In this document: positions 14,630-27,100 of the stretch, piece after piece
Layout: each line of letters opens with the position of its first letter
How positions within the stretch are numbered: the stretch's first letter is position 1
NCBI GenBank assembly: GCA_973895155.1
Contig: OZ316896.1
Span: forward strand, 14,129,542-14,193,541
Direction: 5' to 3'
DNA from: Marsupella aquatica
Taxonomy: Eukaryota > Plantae > Marchantiophyta
DNA length: 64,000 nt
Made by a program: the position numbers and the translations under genes
Notes under the pieces: generated by a model
Databases searched by the model: none
What the model was told of the DNA's origin: nothing
The model's input: the letters and a program-made list of their open reading frames with translations, nothing else

Positions 14630-17600
14630 ATGGAACCCGGGCCGAGGCCGGAGGTAAGGCTGAGGGTGAAAACCCGATTAGGGTTAGGGCGCGTTAAGCG
14701 TCGGCGGCTAGGAAGGATCAACGGGAAGAAGGACCGGCAGAGGAGAGGGGTAAGGAGCGCTTGCAGGAGATGGTGGCTCATTTGCGAGCACGAACTAGGC
14801 AGACGACTACGGGAGGCCAACTACTGTCAGCTGCTTAGGCAAGCACTCGGGGAGAGAGTAGATACCGACGATCGACCTAAGGAGGGTATGAGCAACGTCA
14901 ATCAAGCGGCACATTTCTGGGGATGCCTGTTCGAACGGGCAACTGAGTACATCAAGACTTACGAGGACGAGGAGTCAGAAAGGGCAGCTCGAGAACGGCA
15001 GGAGCTCACTCGATTGTGGGAGCTGCAGAAGACGGCTTTCTTAGGAGGCGAACTCATCAAGGACGAGTTCCTGTGGACGCCTACTTCCAATCAACTCGAC
15101 GATCTTCTGTTCTGCAAAGACAGCGTCGTCGGCATCTGAGAGGCCATCAAGAACTGCAACGACATACACTGGGAATTAAAGGGTAGCACGGAAAGGTGGA
15201 CCCAGGCAACGGTGCTAGGAGAAACCTCCACGGCAGCAGAGATGAAGAGGAAGGGAGCCATCAACGATGAAGCCACCCCGGCAAAAAGAACGAGGTCGGC
15301 GGCACCAAAGAAGCCAGCCGAGCAACAGAGCAGGAGGCAGGGAGAAGCCGAAGAGGAGGAGGTCGATCCCATCAAGGCCATTCCAACCAGGGATGACACC
15401 TGGAAGGGCTGGGCGGCAACCCTACCGGTGGAGGTGCAACTACATTTTGCACGGGAGGAGGATGCATGCTTTACGGCCATGCAGACCAAGAAGTACCAAG
15501 GCTTCATGGCCGGATCCGGCTTGGAGGCCTTTGTAAGATTACCATGGCTGAAGCCGGAGGTACCGGAGTCAGACCTATTAGAATTCGTGGGGTCATGGTG
15601 TAGTTTGCTATGAAGAACCAAAAACACATTTAAAGGTCTTCAAACTCGGTATTCGTTCCCGTAAAGAACAAGATTGGGTTGGTTTGATAGTTTTAAACAA
15701 TAATAAAGAAATTAAGATGTTTTCCACATATAGTAATCAAATTTGATTACTTTACTAAGGTATTTTGAAGATCGCTCCACAGCGGTGAGCAGTTTTTGAT
15801 GATAACTCAACATCATATAACCATCAATTAAGCAAAAGGTTGCAATTAACGAAATACAAGGAAAAATCTCTTAGAGTATGCTAAGGGAGTCTGGAATAGA
15901 CCAAGGTTACTCCTTAGACATAAGTAATAATGGAATAACTTAAAGGGAATCCAAATCCACACGGCTTTTCAGATCTAAACTGCATACTAGAGTATCCTTT
16001 TAAAATGCCGGCAACATGTCTTGACCTTTCTTCCTAAGTGATACTTAGTCAAGATCTAAAAGGATAAATACTTCAGCATTTAGATGGTACTAAGCAACAT
16101 GAAGGTGAAAACATCATTTCCAATGCAACTTAAACTCAATGAGTTAACTCTAAGAACTTGTGAGATTACAATGTGTCACCAAAGCGGAATCTGACATTAT
16201 AATTCACGAGATTCATAACTGAGGTTTTACTTCAAGTATTTGGGTTCCAAAATACAAGAAGGAGGTAAGTCTCTCCAAATGTTAAACCTGATCTCGAACT
16301 CATAGATTCATGATCAACTAGTTTAACACAAGGGAGAGGCAAAACTGCAAAACTTAACCATCATCTACACTAGTGGTAGAGGGGTCTTATAGTAAAAATC
16401 TACTGAGTGAGAGGTCACAGGGTCGAAGAGACATGCCTCTTCATACCCCTCAAAATTTTAAAATGGCGATTCAGTAAGTGAAAAGCCGGAAAAATGGCTA
16501 AGTATGAACTCGTAACTAGTAACTATTAACTCGTAATCGGTTGTCTATCGGAACTCGTAATCGGAAACTAGTAACTCTTAAACTAGTAAAAGCTAAGTCG
16601 TAACTCGTAATCGCGGTAAAGTAAAGACTTGATGAATTCAACTATTTTTAACTTCCTAACTATAAGTCAGAAAACTCTGAGATTTTGCCAGGAGGTTTTC
16701 CTAGGTACAGACTATACACTAAAGAAGTATGACAGCTTCTAAAGCTCTAGAACACATTTCTAAAAATCAGATAAGATGCACTACTCTAAAAACTAACTAA
16801 GAACACTTAGAGACTTCTTCAAGCTTGCTGTCGGATGTCCTCTGGTTCTAGTAACTCCACAAGGGTAACAATTCGGTTCTGGGTAACCTCTATCAGCTCA
16901 GCTTGGCGTGGGGATCCTCTGGAGTAAGGTAGGCACCTCAGTTGTCTCTCAGGGTACATCAAAGGCATTCTCTTCATCAAATAACATGAATCTATACGAA
17001 GAGCTTCTCTGTACATCCCGATCACATCATAGTTGTTGCAGGTAGCAGCATACACTTGAGGATAATGAAACAGGAACTCATCACTACTCATCATCCTGGA
17101 ATAGAAGGGTCGAAGTCTCCATTTGACATCTCTGAAATACCGGTTGAAGCTGGGCAGAGTTTGAGAGGTAAGGTGGAAGAGAAGTCAGTAATGAGCGCCT
17201 ATGTCTTGCATTCCTTCCCTTTCAAGGTGAGCTCTTCATCCGTTGTGGAGTCCCGTTGAACTAGTTGTAAGATGTCACGATCACAGAGTCGCCAAATCTT
17301 AAGGTGTAACTCGTAAAGCAGTGAACTAGTAAACTCGTAAACTGAGTTTACTCGTAACTTAGGAACTTAGTAACTTTGAATGCTGTTTTAGTTACAGTTA
17401 GCAATAATTGCAGTCTAAACACCGTAAAAAATTTAAAAATTTTCAGTTTCTTCATGCTTTTGGAATTACCCACTACTTACACATGGGAACTCGAGACCAA
17501 TTGCACGAGGATATATGGGAAGGATTTCTATCTTACTCCCAAGGTAATTGCCGAAGTGTTTGGCCTGCCGATAGGCAATAAGACCAAAGTTGATACCAGG

Positions 17601-20150
17601 AAGACCTTGCCTGACAAGGAGTTCCGGTCGTTCCCCGGGCCATCAACGAAGAATGGCTTCTTCCGGAACACCTGCACCAACCCGCACATAGGAGAGATGA
17701 TTGACTTCTTGCGGGTGACCATGCATTGTAACTTGCCGAGGGCAGAGATCGGCAAGGCACAGGTCTATCTGGCAGAAAGGCCAGACCCAAGCCGGGACTA
17801 CAACGGGTACCTCCTCAACCAATTGAAGAAGATCTTAAAGGAGGAGCAGTAGGTAATCGGCATGGGGAGCGTGTCGCGGCTGGGCTATCACATGCCGCTG
17901 TTGTGCCGGTATGCCAGAGGTCAGACTTTTGCCCCGGTACTTCCCCTGCAGGTAAGGGCACCCGAGGAAGCTCCAACGCCGAGGCCGTTGGCTGAGAAGC
18001 CTCAACCACCTGTTAGTCCTACGATCGAGCAGGTGTTTAGGCCCAGGAAGGAAGACTTGCCGATGCAGCAACCAGGCATGCAGAGTCTGCTGAAACTACT
18101 GGAGAAAGAAAAGAAATCGGCATCGGCAACAACAACGGCAACGGCAACAATGCAGGACACTACTACAGAGGTAGGCCTACACCGGCTCACAAGAGAAAAC
18201 CCCTTTGCTGGAGACAAGGAGAGAATCAGGCCGGAATCCAAGCCAGGTGTTCGAATGTACGTGGGAACCTCAAGCTCCAAATCTGAGGCAGAATTGCCTG
18301 AAGCTCCTACCAACGAAGAGGAGAGGGAGAAGCCGGACGTCCAAGAGGTAGAGGAGGCAGTGGAGGACTGCAGCCATGATAATTCCGGCTATGGGTCGGA
18401 CCATCACGTTCCAGGAGTAAGGACCTGTGGCCGGTTTGTCCCCACACTTCCAAGGGTAGTGCGAGGGGACCCCAACCAGCAGAGTAGCCCTGAGTCTCCC
18501 CCACCAGATGTTGCTCCCCCGAGCTTCGACGACATAAAACAGACGGTGCAGGAATTTCAGGAGCGAATCAAGCAGGAGGAGGAGGCCGCCCTGGCTAAGG
18601 AAAAGGATTTACCAGGAGGAGATTGGCCGGAGGACATCAGGCGGCTATCCAAAAAAGGAAGCAAACCTCTAGCCACGATTGAAGAGATCCGCAGGACGGC
18701 TTGGGAGCAGAGGCCGCGATGGGCGATGCCGATCACTTCTACTTACTCCACCTACGCTAAGAATAGAGCCATGGAGTATGGTGAGATGTGTGGGGAACTT
18801 GCGCTCGGCATCTTTGGAGAGGAGTTGGAGGTAGGACCCTTTTTCCATAGGGAGCAGTTGGAGAAGCACCAATTAGAAGAAGCGGTGGCTTTAGAGAGAA
18901 GCAAGAAGGACGAGGTCATTCGGCGGCTTAGGAGGATGGAAGCCGAGATTGAAGATCTAAGGGCGGCCAAGAAAGCCCAAGATGAACTGCGGATTAAACG
19001 ACATGAGCTGAACATCATGCAGGGGCAGTTGGACACCGCGTAGGCTGATAATCAGAATATCAAGGATAAACTGACTCAGACGCAGGAAGAGTTGGCCGAC
19101 ACGATCAAAGAGAGGGAGAAGTGGAAGCAAGAGCTGAAGAATACAGAGGAGGCCCACATAACAGCCAACAGCCGGGCCATGGCGGAGACCCAAAGAAAGG
19201 AATGGGTGTTGAAAGGGGAGCTCGAGAAAATCCGCGGAGCCCTTGAGCAGAAGGAGGCCGAGTTAGGGAAATCCTATCAAGGGATTATGGCGCTGCAGCA
19301 GGAGCTTGCGTCCCTGACGGCCAGCTTCAAGGCCGACCTAAGGGAGAAGGACGAGATGCTCGAACAGACTTACGCCAAGATGAACCAGATGGAGTCTATC
19401 ATCATTGCAGAGCTCGACAAGGAGCTAAAAGCAACCCAGGAGGAGAGGACTACCTTGAAACAAGAACGGGAGGAAGCCCAGAAGGAACTAGAGGAGGCAT
19501 GCAAGGACCTGGATGAGACCCAGGAGGAGTTGGAGGAAATCACGAGGAAGATGGAGAACCTCCAGCGGCGGGCCGACAACCAAACGGAGCGGCTGAAGAA
19601 ACAAGCCGCAGTATTTAGGTGCTTGTCTTCATCAGGCCCAACTCCAATTGGGGCAACCAAGTTACCAGGAGTGGTACTGGCCGAAGAAAAAGCCGCGCCA
19701 ACTGCACCAGTGCCGGAGGTAAGTGGGAAGGGGAAGGGACCAGCTGCCGAACCAGAAAAGAAGAAAAAGCGGAAACCTTCAGGGTCAAGGAGTAATCCGA
19801 CTCCACAAGCCGTGGTGACCAAAGAGGTAGAACCAGCACCATCCTCCGACATGAATACGGCAATAGATCCCGCTATGATCACAGGTAGGGATGGTGCGGC
19901 CCAAGCCGAACTACTCAGTAAGGAGGCCAGTATTCCAGATCTGCCTCTTGAGCAGGCCGGGGAGACCGTAGCCGAGGCTGAGGCCGTAACTGATTCTCGA
20001 GCCGATGCCGACGCCGATGGTGGACCCAGTCAGGCCGATGGAGAGTTGACTCAGTCAAGGGCAGGTAATCTGTCAGGGAATGAGCCTACGGCAGTGGCTG
20101 AGGAGGAAGCGTTGGGGGCGTCCATTAAGGATCCACCACCGGTGTCGTGA
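14630..20150 (+). pseudogene. LTR-encoded accessory ORF, 5'-LTR copy (3 nonsense changes plus a solo-LTR insertion)
   Basis: ORF pieces 14630-15139, 15212-15598, 17487-17852, 17862-19043 and 19092-20150 join into the same protein as the 3'-LTR copy. Stops are CGA>TGA or CAG>TAG at codons that are sense in the other LTR. Confidence 0.85.
15599..17481 (-). mobile_element. 1883-bp solo LTR of a different family (family D) inserted in the family A 5' LTR
   Basis: TGTA...TACA termini and perfect TSD CATGG (15594-15598 and 17482-17486); AT-rich, with clustered AACT(C/A)GTAA repeats. Orientation is inferred from a minus-strand TATA-like site and is tentative. Confidence 0.85.
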
Positions 20151-21075
20151 TGGTGCAAGGGCGCCGTTCCTTTTAGGGAGGGCGGACGTGGAGGGAGGAG
20201 GCGTGAGTGGGCAGGGCGGGCGCGGATCTCCACGTTTAGGATTAGGATCAGAACCAGGAGCGGCCCTGACACTTAGCTTAGTGGGATTGCGGTCCCACTG
20301 GTAGGAGCAACACTTGTGCTCCTGCCTTGCTGTACATAGGTAGATTCGGGCAAGTAGATTACTGTTAAGTAGATTAGGCTTACGATGCAAAGAATGGCGG
20401 ATCCACTACCAAGATAAGTACCTGGGCAGCGGGGAGCTCAGGGCCTCTTCTTTAGCAAGTTTTTAGTTTGCACCAGCCGGGCTGGGATCAAGTAGTACGA
20501 GAAGCTCTCGGTTAGACATACAGTGACCCTTGTGTATATTCATGTTTCCTCATGCCTAAGAGCTGAATAGAGTTGGCCTCACGGCTTAGTTCGCAGAACT
20601 TGTGTATGAGATGTACTGTTTGTATGGCAAGTGCATGGTATGACTCAGTCAGAATGAGTCATTTTGCTATTTGTGTGTCGCATTAACTTGTGTGAAGAGT
20701 GCCCACATCAACAGAAGGAAGGAAAGTAAGCAGGGGAGTGAGAGTTGGATGTGTCGAGCTAAGAGAGGTCTTAGCGGCTTAACCAAGCCTATTGGGGATC
20801 ATTCCGGCGGCGGAATCCAAACATACCTAACAAGACGGAGGGGAAGACAGGGGAAGACAGGGGAAGGTCTATATTAGGCCGGCTACGTATCTCATGACCC
20901 GATGAAGGATCTGTCCAGTATATGTGTGTAAAATGTTAATAGTAGTAGTAGAAGGTTAGCAGCGTCCCATGCCGCTAAGCCGCGGAAACGGCCTCGCCAA
21001 GCACGAAACCTGCGGGAATCGGCTTGAGCTGGGGGGTTTCTTGGGTTTAGGGAGCCATGGGATGCACCACATTTT

Positions 21076-21092
21076 TGGTGCTAGATGGAGGG
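21076..21092 (+). promoter_or_regulatory. primer-binding site, tRNA-Asn-like
   Basis: TGGTGCTAGATGGAGGG 4 nt after the LTR; two mismatches to TGGCGCTAGAAGGAGGG, the complement of the plant tRNA-Asn(GUU) 3' end as recalled. Confidence 0.7.
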
Positions 21093-21140
21093 GGCATTTC
21101 TTAAGCCGTGAGATATGAAGTTAGAACGGAAGCGTAGGTA

Positions 21141-23228
21141 ATGACTGACCTTACGCCGAGGGAAGAAAGAGTGATTCAACGGGAGAGAGCTCGACTGCAG
21201 CAGCTCGCCGGGTGGCATGATACACAGCGACTGAGAGGGGCAGAAAGAGCTGGTAGCTCCAAAACTGGAAGTGGCGTCGAAGAAGACATACCAGAAGAAG
21301 AGTCGGTAAGGAGAAGTGAGTCTCCAACTGACATGGGGGAACCAGAGGCACGGCCAGACGAGAGGCCAGGGACCAGATTGAGCCAGCGGTCGCGCATACA
21401 TTACAAGGCATTTCATGGGAGAGGAGATGAGGATCCGGACGAATGGTTGGATGATTTCGAGGGAACCGCTGCAGCAAATGGAGAATCGGCCATCAAGATG
21501 CAGATTCTTCCCGGCCTATTCAAGGGTGAGGCTAGGCCTTGGTACAGAGCATTAGATGTGGAAGATCAAGCCATCTGGGATATCTTCAAAACACTCTTTG
21601 TTAAGGAGTTTCGACCCATTGGAACTTCAGAACTAGCAGTGCTGAAGTTGGGACAACTTCGGTTCAAGGAGAACAAATCCTTCAGGAAGTTCTTGCAACG
21701 CTTTCAGAAACTGGTAAGACGTACAAAGACCAATGCATCTGAAGGTATGCAACTTCAATGGTTGGTGAATGCTTTGCCACAGAAGATGAGTTTTGCAATT
21801 AGGAAGGAGAACCCGGAGACTTTAGCCGAAGCAATTAAGGATATTCAATTATACATTAATGCAGATATCACAAGCTGGAAGAAACAACTTAAGTCTGAGA
21901 GTTCCTCATCAGAGAAGGGATCACCCCATAAGAAAAAAGATAAGAAGAAGAAACATCCCAAGAAGTCTAGAAGTGATAAGTCAAGCTCGGATAGTGGGAG
22001 TAGCAAGAGTGAGTCATCTTCTAGTTCTGAAGAAGAAAAAACTAGGAAAAGGAAGGGTAGAAGGAGAGGGAAGACGAAAGTCAAGATGGAGGCTAAGCCA
22101 CCAGATAACATCGTAGCCCTTACCGAGCAACTTAAGGCTATCATTGCAGAGGTAAAACCAAAGAAGAAGGTAGTACAGGAGGATAGCTCTGTATGGTGTG
22201 CCTTATGTTATAAAACCGGACACCATAAAGATGCGTGTCCTAAGCTTAATACTAATCATGTTCGGCATGTGGCCGAGATCAGACCATGTCAGGGAGAAGT
22301 AGAGTACTTTTTAGGAGATGCCGCTGATAGTGTTTTCGGCATCAGTGAGACTGGAGCACGAGACCTATCCAACAGACCTGCATCTCTGTGGTCAGGGTTA
22401 AGGAACAATCCAGGAGAGATGTATCCTCGGATTATTCAGAACCCGTCAGTACCTCCTAGGCCAAATGTGCAAAGATTTGCGGCGTGCTATAATTGTGGTC
22501 AACCTGGCCATTTTGCTAGAGAATACCCGAATGCACGCAAACAGGGTGATGGACAACCAGCTCAGCTATGTATGGGATGCCGACAGGAAGGTCATATGCT
22601 AGGGCAATGTCCTACTTGGTTGGCAGGCCTGGCCGCAAATCATAAGCTTTTGCCGATCAAGATCTTACCGCCAGGTACTACCCCCGGAGGAGTTCAAATC
22701 AACCACATCGAACTAGGATGGCAAGAGGATGCCGAGGCAGAGTTCGTACCATCTGCTGATGAGGCCAAAGCCCTATCAACCTTCTCAGAGGAGGATTTAG
22801 ATCATGATTGCTACCGGGTCTCTACTCGATCTACCAGAAGGAAGGAAAGGTGGGATGGGCTGGCCAAAAATAAAGGGAAGGTTACGGAGGAAAGGATCGA
22901 CTCTTCGTCAACATCAACAGAAGGAGAAGGGAGGGCTCCGGCAATACAGGTAAGCCATGAGCCCACCAGTGAAACCAATCCTTCACAAGATAGCGACTTC
23001 AATCGAGATCATCCTAAGTTGTTCTACCCCTCTGTTACGGCTAGTGTTAAGGAACAACTAAGAGAATTAGAAACCCTGGAGAATACCGAAGCCATTGCCA
23101 AGGATGTAAAACGAGCAAAAGCATTGTTTGCTTCGGAAGACCCAACAGCTGTGGAGACTAGCGTGGCAAAACTGGCCGAATCCAAGACGGAAAACACCAC
23201 CAGAAGAGAAGCCGATTGTTCCCTATGA
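21141..23228 (+). CDS. gag: gypsy Gag (retrotransposon capsid domain, Ser/Lys-rich linker, three CCHC knuckles)
   Basis: FHGRGDEDPDEWL...GEARPWY capsid-like region; CALCYKTGHHKDAC, CYNCGQPGHFAREY (degenerate) and CMGCRQEGHMLGQC. Confidence 0.88.
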   Translation: MTDLTPREERVIQRERARLQQLAGWHDTQRLRGAERAGSSKTGSGVEEDIPEEESVRRSESPTDMGEPEARPDERPGTRLSQRSRIHYKAFHGRGDEDPDEWLDDFEGTAAANGESAIKMQILPGLFKGEARPWYRALDVEDQAIWDIFKTLFVKEFRPIGTSELAVLKLGQLRFKENKSFRKFLQRFQKLVRRTKTNASEGMQLQWLVNALPQKMSFAIRKENPETLAEAIKDIQLYINADITSWKKQLKSESSSSEKGSPHKKKDKKKKHPKKSRSDKSSSDSGSSKSESSSSSEEEKTRKRKGRRRGKTKVKMEAKPPDNIVALTEQLKAIIAEVKPKKKVVQEDSSVWCALCYKTGHHKDACPKLNTNHVRHVAEIRPCQGEVEYFLGDAADSVFGISETGARDLSNRPASLWSGLRNNPGEMYPRIIQNPSVPPRPNVQRFAACYNCGQPGHFAREYPNARKQGDGQPAQLCMGCRQEGHMLGQCPTWLAGLAANHKLLPIKILPPGTTPGGVQINHIELGWQEDAEAEFVPSADEAKALSTFSEEDLDHDCYRVSTRSTRRKERWDGLAKNKGKVTEERIDSSSTSTEGEGRAPAIQVSHEPTSETNPSQDSDFNRDHPKLFYPSVTASVKEQLRELETLENTEAIAKDVKRAKALFASEDPTAVETSVAKLAESKTENTTRREADCSL

Positions 23229-24135
23229 CCTGGCTAAAGATGTACTAGAATCTAGAGTCTCGGCAACAGTAGGTCAACTATTGAAAAATAGCCCGTACTT
23301 CCGGAAGCAATTAAGGAAGGCTATTCTCGGCAAGCCGAGATTACCCAAGGTAGCAACCAGATCCGACGTACTAATGATAGAAGAAGATCAAGGAGCCCCA
23401 GCATTACCATTAATGATTCAAGGAGAATTATTACTACGGGTACCCATCGATGGAGGATCAGGGGTATGTATTATGATTGATTCAACAGCAAAAGGGTGGG
23501 GTCTAACACCGGAGATGACTGGAAGAGTGTTGAACATGGCCAATGGATATCAGGTCATTCCTACGGGAGTGTTAACCGGCATCAAGACAGAGATAGGAGG
23601 TATCTTCTTTAGCATTAACTATGTAGTAATGAAGCCGGTAAATCCTACGTCATTCCGGCTATTGATTGGTAGGCCATGGTTGTACCTAGCCGAGGTAATA
23701 GAAGATTGGGGTAAAAAGCAGTTCACTTTCGGGACCCCCTCTATCACGGTATCCTGGGACACTAAGGATGACCGTAGGAAAAGCATAAGGGAAGTAGATG
23801 GGTACGACAGTGGACTGGAGTCAGCCGATGAAGTACGTTGGTTAGAATGCCTCACTAACCTAACCGAAGAAGGTGTCTTTGGACCAGAGGTAGCCCCCAG
23901 CGGATTATGGCAAGAACCAATGGAAGGTGACTTGGAAGAAGAAGACGAAGAGGTCGAGGACTGCTTTACAATAGAATCCACCTTTTTAGCTGCAATTCCG
24001 GAGGAAGTAAAGGATGTAGACCAATTGGATGAAACGGCTAAGTGGGGAGCAGTAGCAGGGACAGTGGATTTTCTGCAGGCGTTGTGGCAGAGCCAACGGG
24101 GTCCACAACGCCATCGATCATCGGCAAGGAATTAA
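23128..24135 (+). CDS. gypsy aspartic protease region (+1 frame relative to gag)
   Basis: Active-site motif PIDGGSGVCIM and LLIGRPWL. Probably continuous with gag before a 1-nt slip near 23190. Confidence 0.8.
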   Translation: MLRKTQQLWRLAWQNWPNPRRKTPPEEKPIVPYDLAKDVLESRVSATVGQLLKNSPYFRKQLRKAILGKPRLPKVATRSDVLMIEEDQGAPALPLMIQGELLLRVPIDGGSGVCIMIDSTAKGWGLTPEMTGRVLNMANGYQVIPTGVLTGIKTEIGGIFFSINYVVMKPVNPTSFRLLIGRPWLYLAEVIEDWGKKQFTFGTPSITVSWDTKDDRRKSIREVDGYDSGLESADEVRWLECLTNLTEEGVFGPEVAPSGLWQEPMEGDLEEEDEEVEDCFTIESTFLAAIPEEVKDVDQLDETAKWGAVAGTVDFLQALWQSQRGPQRHRSSARN

Positions 24136-27100
24136 ATACCAAGGGATCGGCATACAAGCCGATTACGAGGGCAGAACAAATTGAGGCCCTATTAGAAGCC
24201 GAGAGAGCACAGCGGCCTAACTCTCAGGAGCAAGAGGTGGATGAGATGGACAGACACGATCCAGAGCCAAGGCAGGAAGGGGAGCCGACCACTAATTCAA
24301 AACCGAATAGACCGGTAAGGGGACAATCTATGGACACCAAGGAAGGGACCGACTCGGCTAGTCCAGCCGAGATCCCAGTTTATGGAGGTATGAGATTAGA
24401 GAGACTGGAAGCCGAACTGGACCCGAATTTGAAGAAGCAGATTAATATGATCCAAGCACGGCAATATCGGAAGCTCGACTTAGGAGAGGGAAGTGAACTG
24501 AACTTAGGGAGAAACCTAGCACCTGAGCTCGAGAAAGAGATCAGTAACTTATTGATTGAATTTCAGGATGTGTTTGCATGGAGTCACCAAGATCTAAAGG
24601 GAGTAGATCCAACACTAGGGGAACATCGAATTGATCTCATGTTAGGAGCCAAATCATTTCGACAACCAATTCGAAGGATGAACCCGAAGTATTCCCTGCT
24701 GGTCAAAACAGAAATCGACAAACTAGTGGAAGCTGGATTCATCACTCCAGTCCTGCATTCAGACTGGGTGTCTCCAATTGTGATAGTTCCCAAGAAAGCT
24801 GGACCCGATGGTAAACCCAAGATCCGGGTTTGTCAGGATTACAGGAAGCTGAATGAAGCAACATTAAAAGACCATTTTCCTTTACCGTTTACTGATATGG
24901 TACTAGACATGGTAGCCAGTCATGAACTATATTCATTCATGGATGGATACTCTGGTTATAACCAAATCAGGATTCGGCAGGAAGACCAAATCAAGACGGC
25001 CTTCATCACGGAATGGGGGATCTATGTCTTCAATCGTATGCCGTTTGGACTCTGCAACGCACCAGCTATGTTCCAACGATTAATGGTGAACATTTTTCAT
25101 GATTACTTGAGAAAGTTCATGGAAATCTTCATTGACGACTTTGCAGTATTCGGGAAGGCATCGAAACATGCTAAATACCTCAGGAAAACCTTCATGAGAT
25201 GTAGAGAGGTGGGTCTCAAGTTACACCCAGATAAATGTTTTTTTGCAGTAACCGAGGGGGTGCTACTAGGTCACAAGGTATCAAGGAAGGGCATTGAGAT
25301 TGACAAAGGTAAGCTAGCAGTATGGCTAGATATCATGCAACCTAAGAACATAAAGGATGTAAGATCCTTCTTGGGATGCATTGGTTACTATCACCGGTTC
25401 ATCAAGGATTTTGCCAAGCTAGCTTTACCATTAACCAATATGCTCAAGGCAGGAGCAGACTTCGAACCCACACCCGAACGAGTCACAGCGGTGGTAGAAT
25501 TAAAGCAGATGTTAGTAGAGGCCCCAGTCATGATAGCACCGGACTGGAACAAAGATTTTCATGTTTTTGTAGATGTCTCGGGCTTCTGTATTGGCTCAGT
25601 ACTAAGTCAGTTGGATGAGAAAGGAAGGGACCATCCCATATACTTCGCAAGCCGTCAACTTGCCGATGCCGAACGGAACTACTCTACCACGGAAAGAGAA
25701 GCATTAGGAGTCATTTATTCTTGTAAAAAGTTTAGGCATTATTTACTAGGGTACAAGGTAATCTTTCATACTTATCACGAAAGTTTGAAGTACCTAGTCA
25801 ATAAGCCGGACCTTACAGGCAGAGTAGCAAGATGAATTTTGCTATTACAGGAGTTTGACTATGAGCTGAGGATCAAGCCGGGAAAGTTACATGCCAATGC
25901 CGACTTCTTTTCAAGGATCACAGGTAAACCTGCCACGGATTGCATCGATGATCAATTCCCCGACGAGGAGCTATTCATTGTGGAAATAGCTGGTACATGG
26001 TACCCTGAGATTTTACAATTTCTCAGCACTTCCAGATTACAGCCAGGATTAAGCCGAGAGCAAGCCGCAGTCTTTGTGCGGAAGGTCAGACAGTATCAGT
26101 GCATTAAGGGCATACTGCACAAGCATGGAATCAACGGCACGATTCAAAGATGTTTGGAAAAGAGAGAGGTAAAACGAGTCCTACGGGCCATGCATGGAGA
26201 GGAGGCCGGAGGACATTTTGCCCCAGTAACCACGTCTAAAAAGATATTAAATGCCGGTTACTGGTGGCCCACCTTGCACAAAGATGTCTATCAGTTTATC
26301 AAACAATGCGATCCTTGTCAACGAGCGGGAGGACCAAGGGCGTCCACCAGGCATCCACTGCACCCTATTCTACCTCTGGCACCATTCGAGAAGTGGGGTA
26401 TTGATTACATTGGACCTCTGAAACCACTGACCCACCCTCGACGGAACAAGTACATAATCCTGGCTACGGATTATGCAACTAAATGGGTAGAGGCCAGACC
26501 AACAACGAAGGATGATGCAATTACTACGGCTAGATTCATGTATGAGCAGATCTTCACCAGGTATGGAGCACCCCTAGAATTAGTTAGTGATAGAGGAACC
26601 CATTTTTTGAATGATATAATTAGTCGTTTAAATGAGCAGTATTTAGTTAAACATAGGCCTACTACTCCCTACCATCCAAAGGCAAACGGGTTGACAGAAC
26701 GAGCAAACGGAATTATAGGAAAGATATTGAACAAGACAGTAGCTCAGAACAAACTCGATTGGGATGATAAATTGTTTGCTGCTGTTTTTGCTTACAATCT
26801 TGCCTATAAATCCACTACCGGTCATACACCCTTCTTCTTAACCTTTGGACAAGAAGCCCTGGTACCCATGCAACTTGAGATACCGACATTTCAAGTTACA
26901 ATTGAGGAAAGAGCCTCAGCAGAGGAGAGCCTAAAGGAGCGAGAATATAGGTTAGAAGCTTTAGAGGAAGCGAGAATGATTTCACTTGAGAGAGTAGAAT
27001 ATAGACAGAATATCATGAAGCAGCAGTATGATAAAAGGTTAAAAGTAGTTAGTATTCATACCGGTGATCTTGTGCTACTTTATGACAGTAGGTATAGTAG

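Larger units (their letters stand above)
14515..21071 (+). repeat. family A 5' LTR (4669 bp plus an 1888-bp nested insertion)
   Basis: Colinear with 27297-31965 apart from the insertion at 15599-17486; about 30 substitutions by eye. Confidence 0.95.
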
